Origin: Mytilus trossulus
Taxonomy: Eukaryota
Length of the DNA stretch: 64,000 nt
Reading direction: 5' to 3'
Assembly: GCF_036588685.1 (NCBI RefSeq)
Contig: NC_086373.1
Span: 77,066,001 to 77,130,000 of the forward strand
The notes under the pieces were generated by a model. That model was not told where the DNA came from and did not search any database. It saw only the letters and a list, made by a program, of their open reading frames with translations. Shown here piece by piece: positions 49,895-61,357 of the stretch (positions within the stretch are counted from its first letter, which is position 1; the number at the start of each line of letters is the position of its first letter). A program made the position numbers and the translations under genes.

Positions 49895-52060
49895 TTAGTT
49901 GTCTGGTAAATTGTTTGTCAATCGAGTGTATTCTTTGTTTTGTCCTCGCCTTTTCTTTATGTAGATGGTCAGCACAATTGCAGCAAGCATCACTGCTCCT
50001 ACTGCAACCGTTGACACGACTATAATTGTCGTGCTACTCTGTCCGTTGGATCCACCGTTATTCTGATTATCAGGTACCTCATTGCTTAATTGTTGGTATT
50101 TAAGGTCAGCCTTTTCAAACGCCGTCAACTTTGAGTCTGAACCTGTTAATGATAGCAAGTTGATTGTTGCTGCTTCCATATCGGTCATTTTTACCATTGC
50201 ACTTGTTAAATCGTAAGGTTTGATTAGAGGTCTCTTCATGAAAGGTGGCCGAATGGCTTCTCTAGGCTCAAACACTGTATCTTTTGGATGAACGCTGCAG
50301 TAATAGATGTCAACGTTTTCATCGACTGTTGCTAGATATTTGGAAAATGTTCCTGGACATTTTTCTGCGTACTGATTTGTATCGTCAGAGTCATTTTTAG
50401 GATTGGGTCCAGCAAGAGGATTTCCAGACATGGAGCTGAAAAGGCCACCAAATGTAACGGCCTTGAGTCTATTTGCAGCAACATCATTTCCATAGCACAA
50501 GTTAAGATCTACTCCTAAGGTAATTTCAGAAAATCCGCTTGGACAATAGTTTCCACCAGTGACAGGATTATTTTGAAAAGATGGGTTCCACATTCCTCCG
50601 AACAGAAATCCTGCAGATTGTGCTGGTTGTCCTTGTGGAGCACTTGGAGAACACCAGTAAACGGAATATTCAAGCTCTGTATATTCGTTGATATTTTTAG
50701 AGTTTAGGAATGAACAAGACAAACTTTTAACTTTCATGTCACGGCAAATTGCACCATAAGATTTGTGCGCCTTCCAAAGACGAACTGTCCTGTACCCGGC
50801 AGGACAAGAATATTGGTTTGTGCGTGGATTAACAAAGCTGAAATGATCACATAAATGACCGTCGCCCTCTTCACAGGTTTGAAAAAATCCCCCGAATGAG
50901 AAGGAATCGCTTTTCAATCCACAGGTTCCGTCATCTATATTTGCTTTGCTATTGAAGTTAATTGCCTTTGGATCGGTACACCCATACACGCTATTATGTT
51001 TATAATAACCAGAAGAAGACATCAATACTAGGTTCTCTACTTTGAATACTGTTGTCGGTGACATTTCTGGGAGCGTGTATGGATTGATAAAATCAAACAG
51101 AGACTGTCCACGCCTATCAATAGCAACCAAATTAGATTCAAGTCCCTTTTCCCAGTTTTCCATACTAAATAGTCCCATATTAAATACAGGTCCGCCATAT
51201 GTGGTAACCTTTGAGTATTGTAAACTGTTCATGTACTTATCGGTGTCCGTTGCAGATTTTGAATTGTTTTGTGTAAAACTTCTACCTTCTGCTCCCTTCT
51301 TGAAAAAGAATTTATTGAAAGATTGTCCTGCTTGAAAGTTCATGCTACTTCTATCAGAAGCAGACACAGTGGTAGATTCGCTTGATTTTATAATATAATC
51401 ATTTTTTACTAGTAATCCACCTACCAATACATCAGACAAAACATGTGTCCCGTAGTCGCGAGTCAATAGTTCTGATTCGAAGGTTGCCATTTGATCTTGG
51501 CTAGTGTCCAACATGGCGGCTATTTTCTGTAACCGTCTACGAAAAACAGGGTCAAGAGGAGCATCCTCTTTTATTGTAATTCGGTAACGTGGGAAATTAG
51601 CAGTTACGCGTACCAATGTTGAATCTGTTTCGAGTTGCTTGTTCACTGAAAATTGAGCATCATTAGAATAAGAACCACTTATCTGAGATTTTTCGAACAG
51701 AGTTGAATCGCTGGCACAAAATTGCTTGTTCACGGATGCAGACGTTGCACTGGTAAATGAATTGTGGGTACTGAAAGTATCTGCAAAAATACTGATTTCG
51801 CTAGTTTTGATTGGCTCAACAGTAAATCCATCTGGAACCAGAAATTTCCGATCTGCAGTTGTTTGGCATTCATTGTAAGAAATATCAAGTACTCGATACT
51901 GCTCAGTGTTCTGTAAATTGTCCCAGCCAACTCCTGGAAGAACTTCAAAAATTTGCTTGGTGTCGGGAAGAGTTTTAAAACATTCCTCTGGGCTCTTTCT
52001 GACACCAGCTACTACGGATACACAAACAATGGCAATCAAAGCTAAGCTATGACTTTCCAT
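49895..52060 (-). CDS. MPEG1: Macrophage-expressed gene 1 / perforin-2-like protein, copy 1 (721 aa, single coding exon)
   Basis: Signal peptide, EVLPGVGWDNL, MACPF signature YGTHVLSDVLVGG, LVAIDR, YGCTDPKAINFN..AN.DDG.C, P2 domain (FGGFFQ, NPVTGGNYCP, FGGLFS..GNPLA), C-terminal TM and EYTRL tail. Confidence 0.96.
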   Translation of the reverse strand: MESHSLALIAIVCVSVVAGVRKSPEECFKTLPDTKQIFEVLPGVGWDNLQNTEQYRVLDISYNECQTTADRKFLVPDGFTVEPIKTSEISIFADTFSTHNSFTSATSASVNKQFCASDSTLFEKSQISGSYSNDAQFSVNKQLETDSTLVRVTANFPRYRITIKEDAPLDPVFRRRLQKIAAMLDTSQDQMATFESELLTRDYGTHVLSDVLVGGLLVKNDYIIKSSESTTVSASDRSSMNFQAGQSFNKFFFKKGAEGRSFTQNNSKSATDTDKYMNSLQYSKVTTYGGPVFNMGLFSMENWEKGLESNLVAIDRRGQSLFDFINPYTLPEMSPTTVFKVENLVLMSSSGYYKHNSVYGCTDPKAINFNSKANIDDGTCGLKSDSFSFGGFFQTCEEGDGHLCDHFSFVNPRTNQYSCPAGYRTVRLWKAHKSYGAICRDMKVKSLSCSFLNSKNINEYTELEYSVYWCSPSAPQGQPAQSAGFLFGGMWNPSFQNNPVTGGNYCPSGFSEITLGVDLNLCYGNDVAANRLKAVTFGGLFSSMSGNPLAGPNPKNDSDDTNQYAEKCPGTFSKYLATVDENVDIYYCSVHPKDTVFEPREAIRPPFMKRPLIKPYDLTSAMVKMTDMEAATINLLSLTGSDSKLTAFEKADLKYQQLSNEVPDNQNNGGSNGQSSTTIIVVSTVAVGAVMLAAIVLTIYIKKRRGQNKEYTRLTNNLPDN

Positions 52061-52914
52061 CTTTGGTTCGGATTGAGAAATAAGCCCGAATGTTGGATGA
52101 TTTATTTATATATATCTAGCTTGTTATCTTTGCTTTGATAATAAGATCTAATATACGGATACCTCAAGGTACATGTTATGATAAACGAGTTTGATATGTA
52201 TTTTCCAACAGATTATGCGTACTTTCAATTCTTAGTTAAGTGCACGGGTTTTACTAGTAAAATTGCAAGGACATATGACATATCTGTCTACAGATAATAA
52301 AAGATCAAATTCCAAAATTTCGTTAATTTGACGAGGTTTATGATATTGAACAATTGATAATTATTAATGAGATGGATTCTATTTGATAATAACACATATT
52401 AAAAATTGTTAGTATTGTCCCCCTCGTAGAATATTAAATTCTTGTAAGTTTTGTAGTTCTATTCGTGATGCGGAAATATTCACCAATATATGTGCAACAA
52501 CTGACGATAGCTGTATCCCAATTGTTGACTTTAATACCTACTATATCTGTTTTTTTGACTTACGCATAGTTTTCAGTATAATGTTGTTGTTTTTTGCGAC
52601 TGCCATACAAAAAAGTAAAATCACAAAAGTATTGAACTCCGAGGAAAATTCAAAACGGGAACTCCCTAATCAAATTAAATGGCAAAAACAAAAGCTCAAA
52701 CACATTAAACAAATGGACAACAACAGTCATGTTCCTAGCTTGTTACAGGCATTTTCATAAGTAGAAAACTAGAGGATTAAACCTAGTTTAAAGCTGGCTA
52801 AACCTCTCACTGGTATGATTTGATTTGATTTTTGGTGTTTTGACGGCACTTTTTAAGGACCGCATTTATGCTATTTCGTGGCGGCAAGTTTTTTTTTATT
52901 AGAACAAGTGTTAA

Positions 52915-53351
52915 GGTGGCACGGTAGTATTTGCATTCCAGAATTTAGGTTGCTCTTTTGTGTACCCTACTTAGGTTAATGTATTTAAACAATGTGATTG
53001 GACAAAAAATACAGTATCAACTGAACTTACTCTCCCAAACTGAGGGATGAATCAGGTGTAGAAAAATATGAAATATTTTTACATACAGATGAAAATGAAT
53101 TTTTGAGAATTTTTTTAAATTTTGTATTCACTGCACCATAAAAGACCTAAAAGTACTAGTGGCCTTAGGTTTTTAAAAATAGCAAAAAAAGTAAACGGTT
53201 ATGATACATATTCAAATTCAATTCTGAATAGTAAAATGAAAGTACTTCAGTTAACTGTGAATGTAGAATTTTTTGCAGTGTTAGAAAGTGGTGAAAATTC
53301 TAAAAAGGCTATCATTATCCCTTATGGGCCAGGAAATACTACCGTGCCACC
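52915..53351. mobile_element. MITE with TTAA TSD and GG termini (Kolobok-like)
   Basis: TTAA|GGTGGCACGGTAGTATTT...AAATACTACCGTGCCACC|TTAA. Confidence 0.8.
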
Positions 53352-53595
53352 TTAATACCTATTTATAATATTTACAAAAAAAACCGGTGCGGGCATTTTA
53401 CCTGATTACATTTCCGGATGCGGGAAGCGGGAATATTTAAAAATAAATCGTTTTGAAAACAATAGGTGCGGATGGGTCCGTCGAACAATGAATTAAATTT
53501 GTATGGCCATGTAAAAAATAAAGGTTCCGTATTCAAAGTTGTGTTATTATCTTTATCACTATAAAAACAAGCAGATGTATAAACAAACATTTACT

Positions 53596-54302
53596 GAGCG
53601 CCACTGGTGAGTCTTATGTAGACGAAACGTGCGTTTGAAGTATTTATTTTTCATCCTTGTACCTGTATAACTATGTACACCACTGGGTCTATGCCACTGC
53701 TGGTGCACGTTTCGTCCGCGAGGGTATCACCAGCCCAATGGTCAGCACTTCGGTGTTTACATGAATATCAATTATATGGTTATTTTTATAAATTTCCTGG
53801 TTACAAAACTTTGAAGTTTTCGAAAAACTAAAGATTTTCTTGCTTTATAACTATTTTGATCTGAGCCTCACTGATGAGTCTTATGTAGACGAAACGCGCG
53901 TATGCCGTATTAAATTATAATCCCGGTACCTTTGGAAACTATTTACACCATTGGGTCGATTCCACTGCTGGTGGACGTTTCGTCCCCGGGGGTACCACCC
54001 ATCGAGTGGTCAGCACTTCGGTGTTGACATGAATATCAATGATAAGGATATTTTGAAAATTTCCTGTTTACAAAACTTTATATTTTTTGAAAACTAAGGA
54101 TTTTCTTATCCAAGGCATAGCTTACCTAAGACATATTTGGCACAATTTTTTTTTGGAATTTTGGATCTTCAATGCACTTCATCTTTGTTCTTGTTTGGTT
54201 TTATATCTATTTTTATCTTAGCGTCACTGATGAGTCTTACGTAGATGAAACACGCGTCTGACTTATTAAATTATTATTCTGGTAACTTTGATAACTATTT
54301 AC
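53596..54302 (+). ncRNA. Non-LTR retrozyme array with three type I hammerhead ribozyme motifs
   Basis: CTGATGA-GTCTTA(T/C)GTAGA(C/T)-GAAAC cores at 53604 (mutated CTGGTGA), 53871 and 54227, inside tandem units of 267 and 356 nt. Confidence 0.85.
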
Positions 54303-54892
54303 CATGACACAATAACACAAAGACGAGATGTATCAGTACAGAGCATCGTCTCAGGCAAAAATAAATAAAAAAAACCAAAAAGGCACACAGACAAAGCACA
54401 TTAGAAAACCGAAAGACAAGAATACAGAAATTATCATAAAACAATAACACAATGACAGGATGTATAGGTATAGATCCACGTCATATGTAACCGAGAAACG
54501 CAAAAAGGTTTACAGAAAAAGTATGTTAGCGAAAAAGAAAGTCAAGAACTATCATAGAACAATAACAAAATGACAGGATGTATAAGTACAGAGCCACGTC
54601 AAATAATACATATTCGTGTTATTGTTTTACTTACGGAACTAAAGATAAGTTTGTTGACAGAATATGGAAAAAAGGAAACAAATGGAAACGCAAATGGACC
54701 GAAGCAATCATTTTATGAATCATAGATAAATAAACCACATGACTTACTTATCTAAGTATGACTTAACAGCTTATTCCAAATGGTCAATCAAGTAATACAG
54801 AACAAATATACTGAAAGCTTGAAAAGCAGTGAGAGACCTCAGACCTTGCTAGATTTCACTAAGTATTTATGGAGACATCTGACTATATATAG

Positions 54893-57800
54893 TAAAAGAG
54901 GGACGAAAGATACCAAAGGAACAGTCAAACTTATAAAAATCTAAAATAAACTGACAACGCCATGACTAAAAATGAAAAAGACAAACATAAACACAATAGT
55001 ACACATGATACAACATAGAAAACTAAAGAATAAACAACACGAACCCCACCAAAAGCTAGGGGTGATCGTAGGTGTTCCGGAAGGGTAAGCAGATCCTGCT
55101 CCACATGTGGCACCCGTCGTGTTGCTTATGTGATAACAAATCCGGTAAATAGTCTAATTCGGTAGGTCACATTCATGAAAGGGGAGGGGATTGGAGTTAC
55201 GACGTTATGAACATATCCGATATCATTTGTGAAACGGTTATTCCATAACGGTCAACCAACTCGTGAAGGAGTCCGTAAAATTTACGAAGGGATGATTGTC
55301 CCTTTGGTAACTTTCGTCCTATTTTTTTCAACTTCACCATTTGGGACTCTTGGTTAAATAGCTTCCTTGTGAGCAGCTACCATCTATCAAGAAAATCATG
55401 GTAGGAAATGCAATCACGGGAATATCGTATTAATTAGGAGATATATACAACGTATGTAGGTGCTGCTGGAATGTTGCTCGGAGTTCAGTATTTTTGTGTT
55501 TTTACTTTTTGCTTCTTAGAAATGGAAAGATCACAATTGGAAAGCTGAAATCTTCTCTTTTGTCGTAAAGTTTTGTTTTCAACCGACCCTTATTGTCAAT
55601 TTCTAAATGTAAGTTAAGATATGAGGCCGACTGAACTGTATCTGTAGTATCCTTTATCTCTAGTTCGATGGGATAGATGCGTTCCACTAAGTCACCAAAT
55701 TTTGATTTTTTTTTAGTGAAAGAACATGATCTGTATAGCGGAAAGTAAAGTTAAAGAATATTGCTAACTTCCTGTCTTTCTCCTTAAGAAGTTCCTGCAT
55801 GAAGTCAGGATAATAGAAATAAAGAAACAAGTCGGCAAGTAGAGGGGCATAATTTGTTCCCATGGGAATGCCGACGGTCTGTTGAAAAACACGTCCTCCG
55901 AACGTAACAAATATGTTGTCAATTAAGAAATCAGGCATCTTGATAATATCAGTTTCAGAGAATTTTTTGTTTGAATCAGAGCGATCCTTTACAAAGTAGG
56001 ATTTAACCCTCCCTACGACAAGATATTTGTATCTACGTTGGTCATTCTTTTTTATGAAGCAGAGCAATACCAACTCTTTCAATTTGTCTTTTAGTTTGGA
56101 ATGTGGAATACTTGTGTAAAGAGTAGAAAAGTCAAATGTGTTAATACTGTTACAAGATGAAAGCAAGTTAGATTGTATGTACTCTAAAGGATCTTTGGAA
56201 TTTTTAAGTATCCACATCTGATTCACGCCACCTCTAGAATAGGCAATAAAACAATAACTTTGAAACCCGTCTTTGATTGCTGATAAAATAGATTTTAATA
56301 ATTTAGAAAGAGGTTTCGTGGAGCACTTGGAAGACCCAACAATATACCGTTGTTTGTAAGGACATTTATGTAGTTTAGGTATCCAATACAGTGATGGAAG
56401 ATCCAGTTCTTCATCTTTGGTTTAAATTCCAAAGGAACATATAACAGACATATGATTATCCAGGAGTTCCTCTTTGGTAAATGTCGTGAGGGTATATGTA
56501 GAGTTTCCAAGTGAATTGGCAATACCTAATTCTTTTATGAAGCAGTTAATGTAATAAGTTTTACACACAAAAACGATGTTTTTTTAGCTTGATCTGCGGG
56601 GACAACAACATATTTGTCATGGAGGTAGGATAGGGGTTTTGCAACATTTGGGTCTTTAAAGATTGACGTAGCATGGGCATCGATAGACCCATTCAGTTTC
56701 TTAATTCTGATTTGTATCAACGACCTCACTGCCTTAATCCGTTTGGAAAGAGTGTCTACGTCTTCCTCCTCGCGCTTAGCCCATTGCCTGGCATAATCCT
56801 CGACTGAATCCATCAAAATTTTAAAGTTGTATTTCCAATTGATGGATTTAGGCTCACGAAATTTCGGACCTTTCGATAACACATTTCGGAGAGAAGTGTT
56901 ATTAACAATGTTGAGCTCACCGGTTATAACGTGAATTGGGAACTAGCACAAGTGCAATCAGGAGGGTTAGACTTGAAGTCGTCAATATCGAGATCCTGCA
57001 AAACGTGTTTGTAATTGAAAACTTTAGTTGCAATAGGTTTGGAATAGGTTTAAGAAATGATTGGTACAGACTGGTTTTCGAAATAAGGAGGTATTTTTGA
57101 TTGAACTAATTTATGATGAAGGGTATTGCCTAAGTTGACGCCATCGAGATCTTTGTTGGCAAATGAAATATCTTTTCTCTTTTTCATCCTTTCCAATGCG
57201 GACTGGCTTGAAAAGTCTGTGACTTGCAATAATCGAAATTATAGCTTCAAGTTTGTATTGGTATGACGGAGGGTTTGTAACAGTGGATTCCAAACATAAA
57301 TTGAACAGAGAATAAAGCTTTGAAAGGGGTAATGCATACAATTTCGTGCGAATGTGATGAATACCTAACGGCTTGTATAAATGGCAGCAAGTCATTAATA
57401 GAGGCATTATGCAAAGAAGGTGATGTATAATGACGATGACCATGACTGCGTCTACGTCGAGGTGTCGAGTTGAAAATATTCACCGAGTTACACGAAGAAT
57501 ACCTATACCATCAATTTTGTCATTACAACCATAAGGTGTCGCAGTTCCCAATTGTCTAACCCAGTAGTCCTCTTTTTGTTTACGGAGAGTGGTTGAAAGA
57601 TTAGGATTGTTAGAGCTATGGAATATCTTTTCGATAATGCGAACTGTCATAGAAATGATGGAATGATCGGGCTGTTTGAAATACTAGTATAGAATGTCGT
57701 AAGCATCGAGGTTAATTAAGAAATAACTGTATTGTATTTGAAGCTTTAAGGACGTCCATCGGTAGTTTAACTGTCGAAAAATTAGTTTACCTGGCGACGC

Positions 57801-58999
57801 GGTGCGGAGACAGGTAAAGTGGTATTTGCGACGGTAAAACTACCAATGGACGTCCTCAAAGCTTCAAATACAATACAGTTATCTCCATTATAATGCAAAA
57901 CAAGTTCATAATTAAATATCAATCATTATTTCAATGTAAAATATTCATTAAAGAAAATTCCGCGTAAAGATGTTATCTTCTTTGATCCCTACGTCATAGG
58001 TATACTTCTGGCGTCAAACATAAACACCGGGCGTTTTCTGGCTTCTGTGCCGCTTCACAAAATGTAATAAAATTTGATTAAAGGAAGATTTTCAGGTGTA
58101 ACATGTGAGATTTTTGGCTTACTATCGTAGAAATTACATGTCAATATATTCAGCAATTCAAAATGTCGGCTTCCTTAATTACAGACAAGGAGATACAGAA
58201 TTTTACGCTAACTGTCATCCAATCAGAACCATTGATACACAATAATTGCATTAGAATTGCACAAGTTTTGCAGCCTTTGGTCTCAAATTTTGAAATGCGA
58301 CCGTGTTGTACTGTGTCATCAAAAACCAAAATGTCTTTAAGGAGAACTGAATATGGCTGTATATGTGTAATATTCACTAGGACGATGATCTGAATGAGTC
58401 ATGTTTGAGATATTTGTCATATCTGGTGATGAGGGGACACCTGCCATATCAGACGACATCGTGTCCATGGTGACGTCTGTTTCGGACCTTTTTATACTGG
58501 CCGACGTCAGAGCCAGTTTCCTGTTTGATCTTCGTAAATTCATGCAGTTCAAGGGGTACAATCAAAATCACGTGATGGATATACACACACCGGAAGTTAA
58601 AGTCGAACTCGCCGCTTGAAAGGTTAGTAGTTGCATTTTCTTGTTTATATCAATTAAATTTTGATTAATAAGTTGGCACACCGAATGTCGGAAAGTATGT
58701 AGTTTTAAAATACACAATTGTTTTTGCTAGAAAGCGTGCAGTTATTGCAAACACTTCGACACAGTTATCTGGTGAAATTTTGGAACTGTGTCGAAGTGTT
58801 AGCATTAACTGCACGCTTTCCAGCAAGGATAATTGTGTATTTCAAAACTAGATAATATCCGACATTAGGTGCACTACCTTATTTATTAAATTTTATTGAT
58901 ATAAACAAGTAAATACGACTACCTACCTTTCAAGCGGTCTGCTCGACTGTTACTTCCGGTGTGTGTATATCCATCACGTGATTTTGATTGTACCCCTTG
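54893..58999 (-). mobile_element. Penelope-like retroelement with N-terminal GIY-YIG endonuclease (Naiad-like arrangement), decayed
   Basis: On the minus strand: GCKTC (~58270); GIY-YIG C-terminal half DHSIISMTVRIIE...KEDYWVRQLGTATPYGCN (57520-57700); then KGPKFR, VVVPADQA, FDFSTLYTSIPH, GIPMGTNYAPLLADLFL, KLYDKREDF. Several frameshifts and a nested element at ~57717-58257. Confidence 0.85.
58550..58999. repeat. ~450-bp imperfect palindrome at the 5' end of the Penelope-like element
   Basis: AAGGGGTACAATCAAAATCACGTGATGGATATACACACACCGGAAGT...ACACTTCGACACAGTT, a short loop at ~58767-58782, then AACTGTGTCGAAGTGT...ACTTCCGGTGTGTGTATATCCATCACGTGATTTTGATTGTACCCCTT. Confidence 0.9.
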
Positions 59000-59083
59000 C
59001 AGTTGTAATTTTGCTACTGGGCGGGTGATGTCCTCGGGAACAAAATGTCCATGCACCAGCAGAGACATCGACCCAGTGGTTAT

Positions 59084-59372
59084 TAAAGAGGGACGAAAGA
59101 TACCAAAGGAACAGTCAAACTCATAAATAAAATAAACTGTCAACACCACGGCTATGAATGAAAAAAGAAAAACAGACAAACAATATTACACATGACACAA
59201 CATAGAAAACTAAAGAATAAACAACACGAACCCCATCAAAACTAGGGGTGATCTCAGGTGCTCCGGAAAGGTAAGCAGATCCTTCTCCACATGTGGCACC
59301 CGACGTGTTGCTTATGTGATAACAAATCCGGTAAATAGTCTAAGTCGGTAGGTCACATTCATGAAATGGAAG
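59084..59372 (-). repeat. Direct repeat of the 3' terminus of the Penelope-like element (pseudo-LTR)
   Basis: Closely matches 54893-55180 (AAAGAGGGACGAAAGATACCAAAGGAACAGTCAAACT...GGTAGGTCACATTCATGAAA). Confidence 0.85.
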
Positions 59373-61357
59373 AAAACTTGCTCAAATATGTATCGAGAAA
59401 CAAAACATTTTGTTTGTCATAATTATTTAAGTGACTTCCGTTTCAAAGTATTCTTTAAAGTAGTATCTTTTATCTCTCCATTCATTGTGTAGTATGCATG
59501 CAAATTATGAAACATGAATTACAAATATCAAACATTCGTTGACATATTTTTTGTTTTTATAGTGATTAAGATTATAACACAATGTTGAATGATGTACCCC
59601 TATTTTCGATTTGTTTACGTATTATCACATATTTGAGTTGTTTTTGTTCGCACGTTGTTGTCAATATAACTTTTTTTTTATGCGACTGTCGTACAATTGA
59701 AACCTATTTTCTGCATAAGGAAATGCCTGTTATCAGTCAGGAATCTGACAGTTGTTTTCTGTTCTTTTGATGTGTTTGAGCTTTTAACTGTGTCATTTGA
59801 TGAGGTTAATACAACGTATTCAATAATAATGGTAAAAAAAAACACACTCCAAAGGTGACTGGGGAATTGTTATATGGTCACTACAGCTTTATTTCCGACA
59901 ACAGTAAGACCCTTGCTATAGTTAGTCGTTTGGCTGTGTGGGATTTACAAGTAACCACCACGTCCGATAAGAATTGGGAGGTTAATTCTGATGCATTGTA
60001 TAGATATTTGGCAACACCCTCTGCACGTTTAAAACCATTTTAACAACTCTTTGAGGGGTCCGAGTGTGGCTTATTGTAAACTTAATTTCTGTTCCTTTCC
60101 AATATACCATTATTTCAGTGGCAGTTATTGTGCTGAAAATGCATGCACTATTTGCAACTGTATGTTAAGCAACCAGCCATCAATCAATCAATGAAAAGCA
60201 TCACGTTTTCAATGAAAAATATGATATAACATTTCCTGTACTATACCAGTTTTATTTGGCTCTTTCAAGTTAGTTCGATTTGTGGTGAGGGTTAAGCAGT
60301 TAAAATAGGCTATACCCCGTCACATTTGTTATCTGTCTGTACCAAGCTTTAGGAACTTGTAATCCAGTGGATGGCACTCACTAGAGAAATAGTAACGGGC
60401 AAACGGAACATCTTAATACATTATTTGAAACGTGTAAAAAGAGGCTGAAATATTTGTTCATATATCTTTTTTATTGATTGTCAATCCACTAGTACTAAAA
60501 GTGGTGTTTTGGGGGTTGGGGCGAATTATTTCTGTTTTATGACTTCAATTTAAACGTTAACACTTTGTCCTGCCGGGACTTGTATAGCTTACTATACGGT
60601 GTTTTGGATACTGGTGGATAGTTTTGCAAAATCTACTCTTTTTTTTATATGTTAAACAGTTGAACATGGTCAATATCATCTTACACCGACTCGGAGCATG
60701 ATTCCTTTATTCATGAAAATTTCTCTATCTGTCATACGATTTAAAACAAATAAAAGTCACAAGATAACATTTAATATTTCTGTTTTCATTACAACTATAC
60801 GTATAAGGATCACAAAAAAAAAACTCTTTCATTAGCCAGAGTTCATAGAAAAACATGTCCTTCGATCTTTTTGGAGGCATACTTGTCGACATTAAAACCC
60901 TGAAATATAAAAACAATATAATTAGAGATTCTATTACGACAATTCCTTGCCCCTAAATCATACCATACCCTCAGTTTTATTTAAAAGTAAATCACCGTGT
61001 ATTAAAGGCCCACAATGAAAGCTGGATTTCCTGTATTACTTTTATAAATATGCCTTTTAAATTTCTGAAGAAAAAAACCTGAAAATATTGCTTATACAAA
61101 TGTATTCAAATTTTTGAAATAAAAATGGCATTCATACAAGTTAGGTTACATGAATTGCAAATCAACTAGACTAGTTTGATGTATCATAGACTTTATTTTC
61201 AGCTGTTGAAGACCGTATGTTAAAGAACTGTCCCCCCTCCGGGTTTTTTTAGTTGTTGCGCCCCTTCCTAATTGACGTACACCACGTCATATGAATATAC
61301 GAATTTACTAACTTCGTTAAAGTAATTTATCTATATTAAAACTAACTTTTTAACTGT

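Noticed and set aside
54893-58400. Selenocysteine recoding in the Naiad-like element
   Set aside because: I recall it being reported for some Naiads, but this copy is frameshifted, the stop I read in the endonuclease is TAG, and I cannot identify a SECIS by eye.
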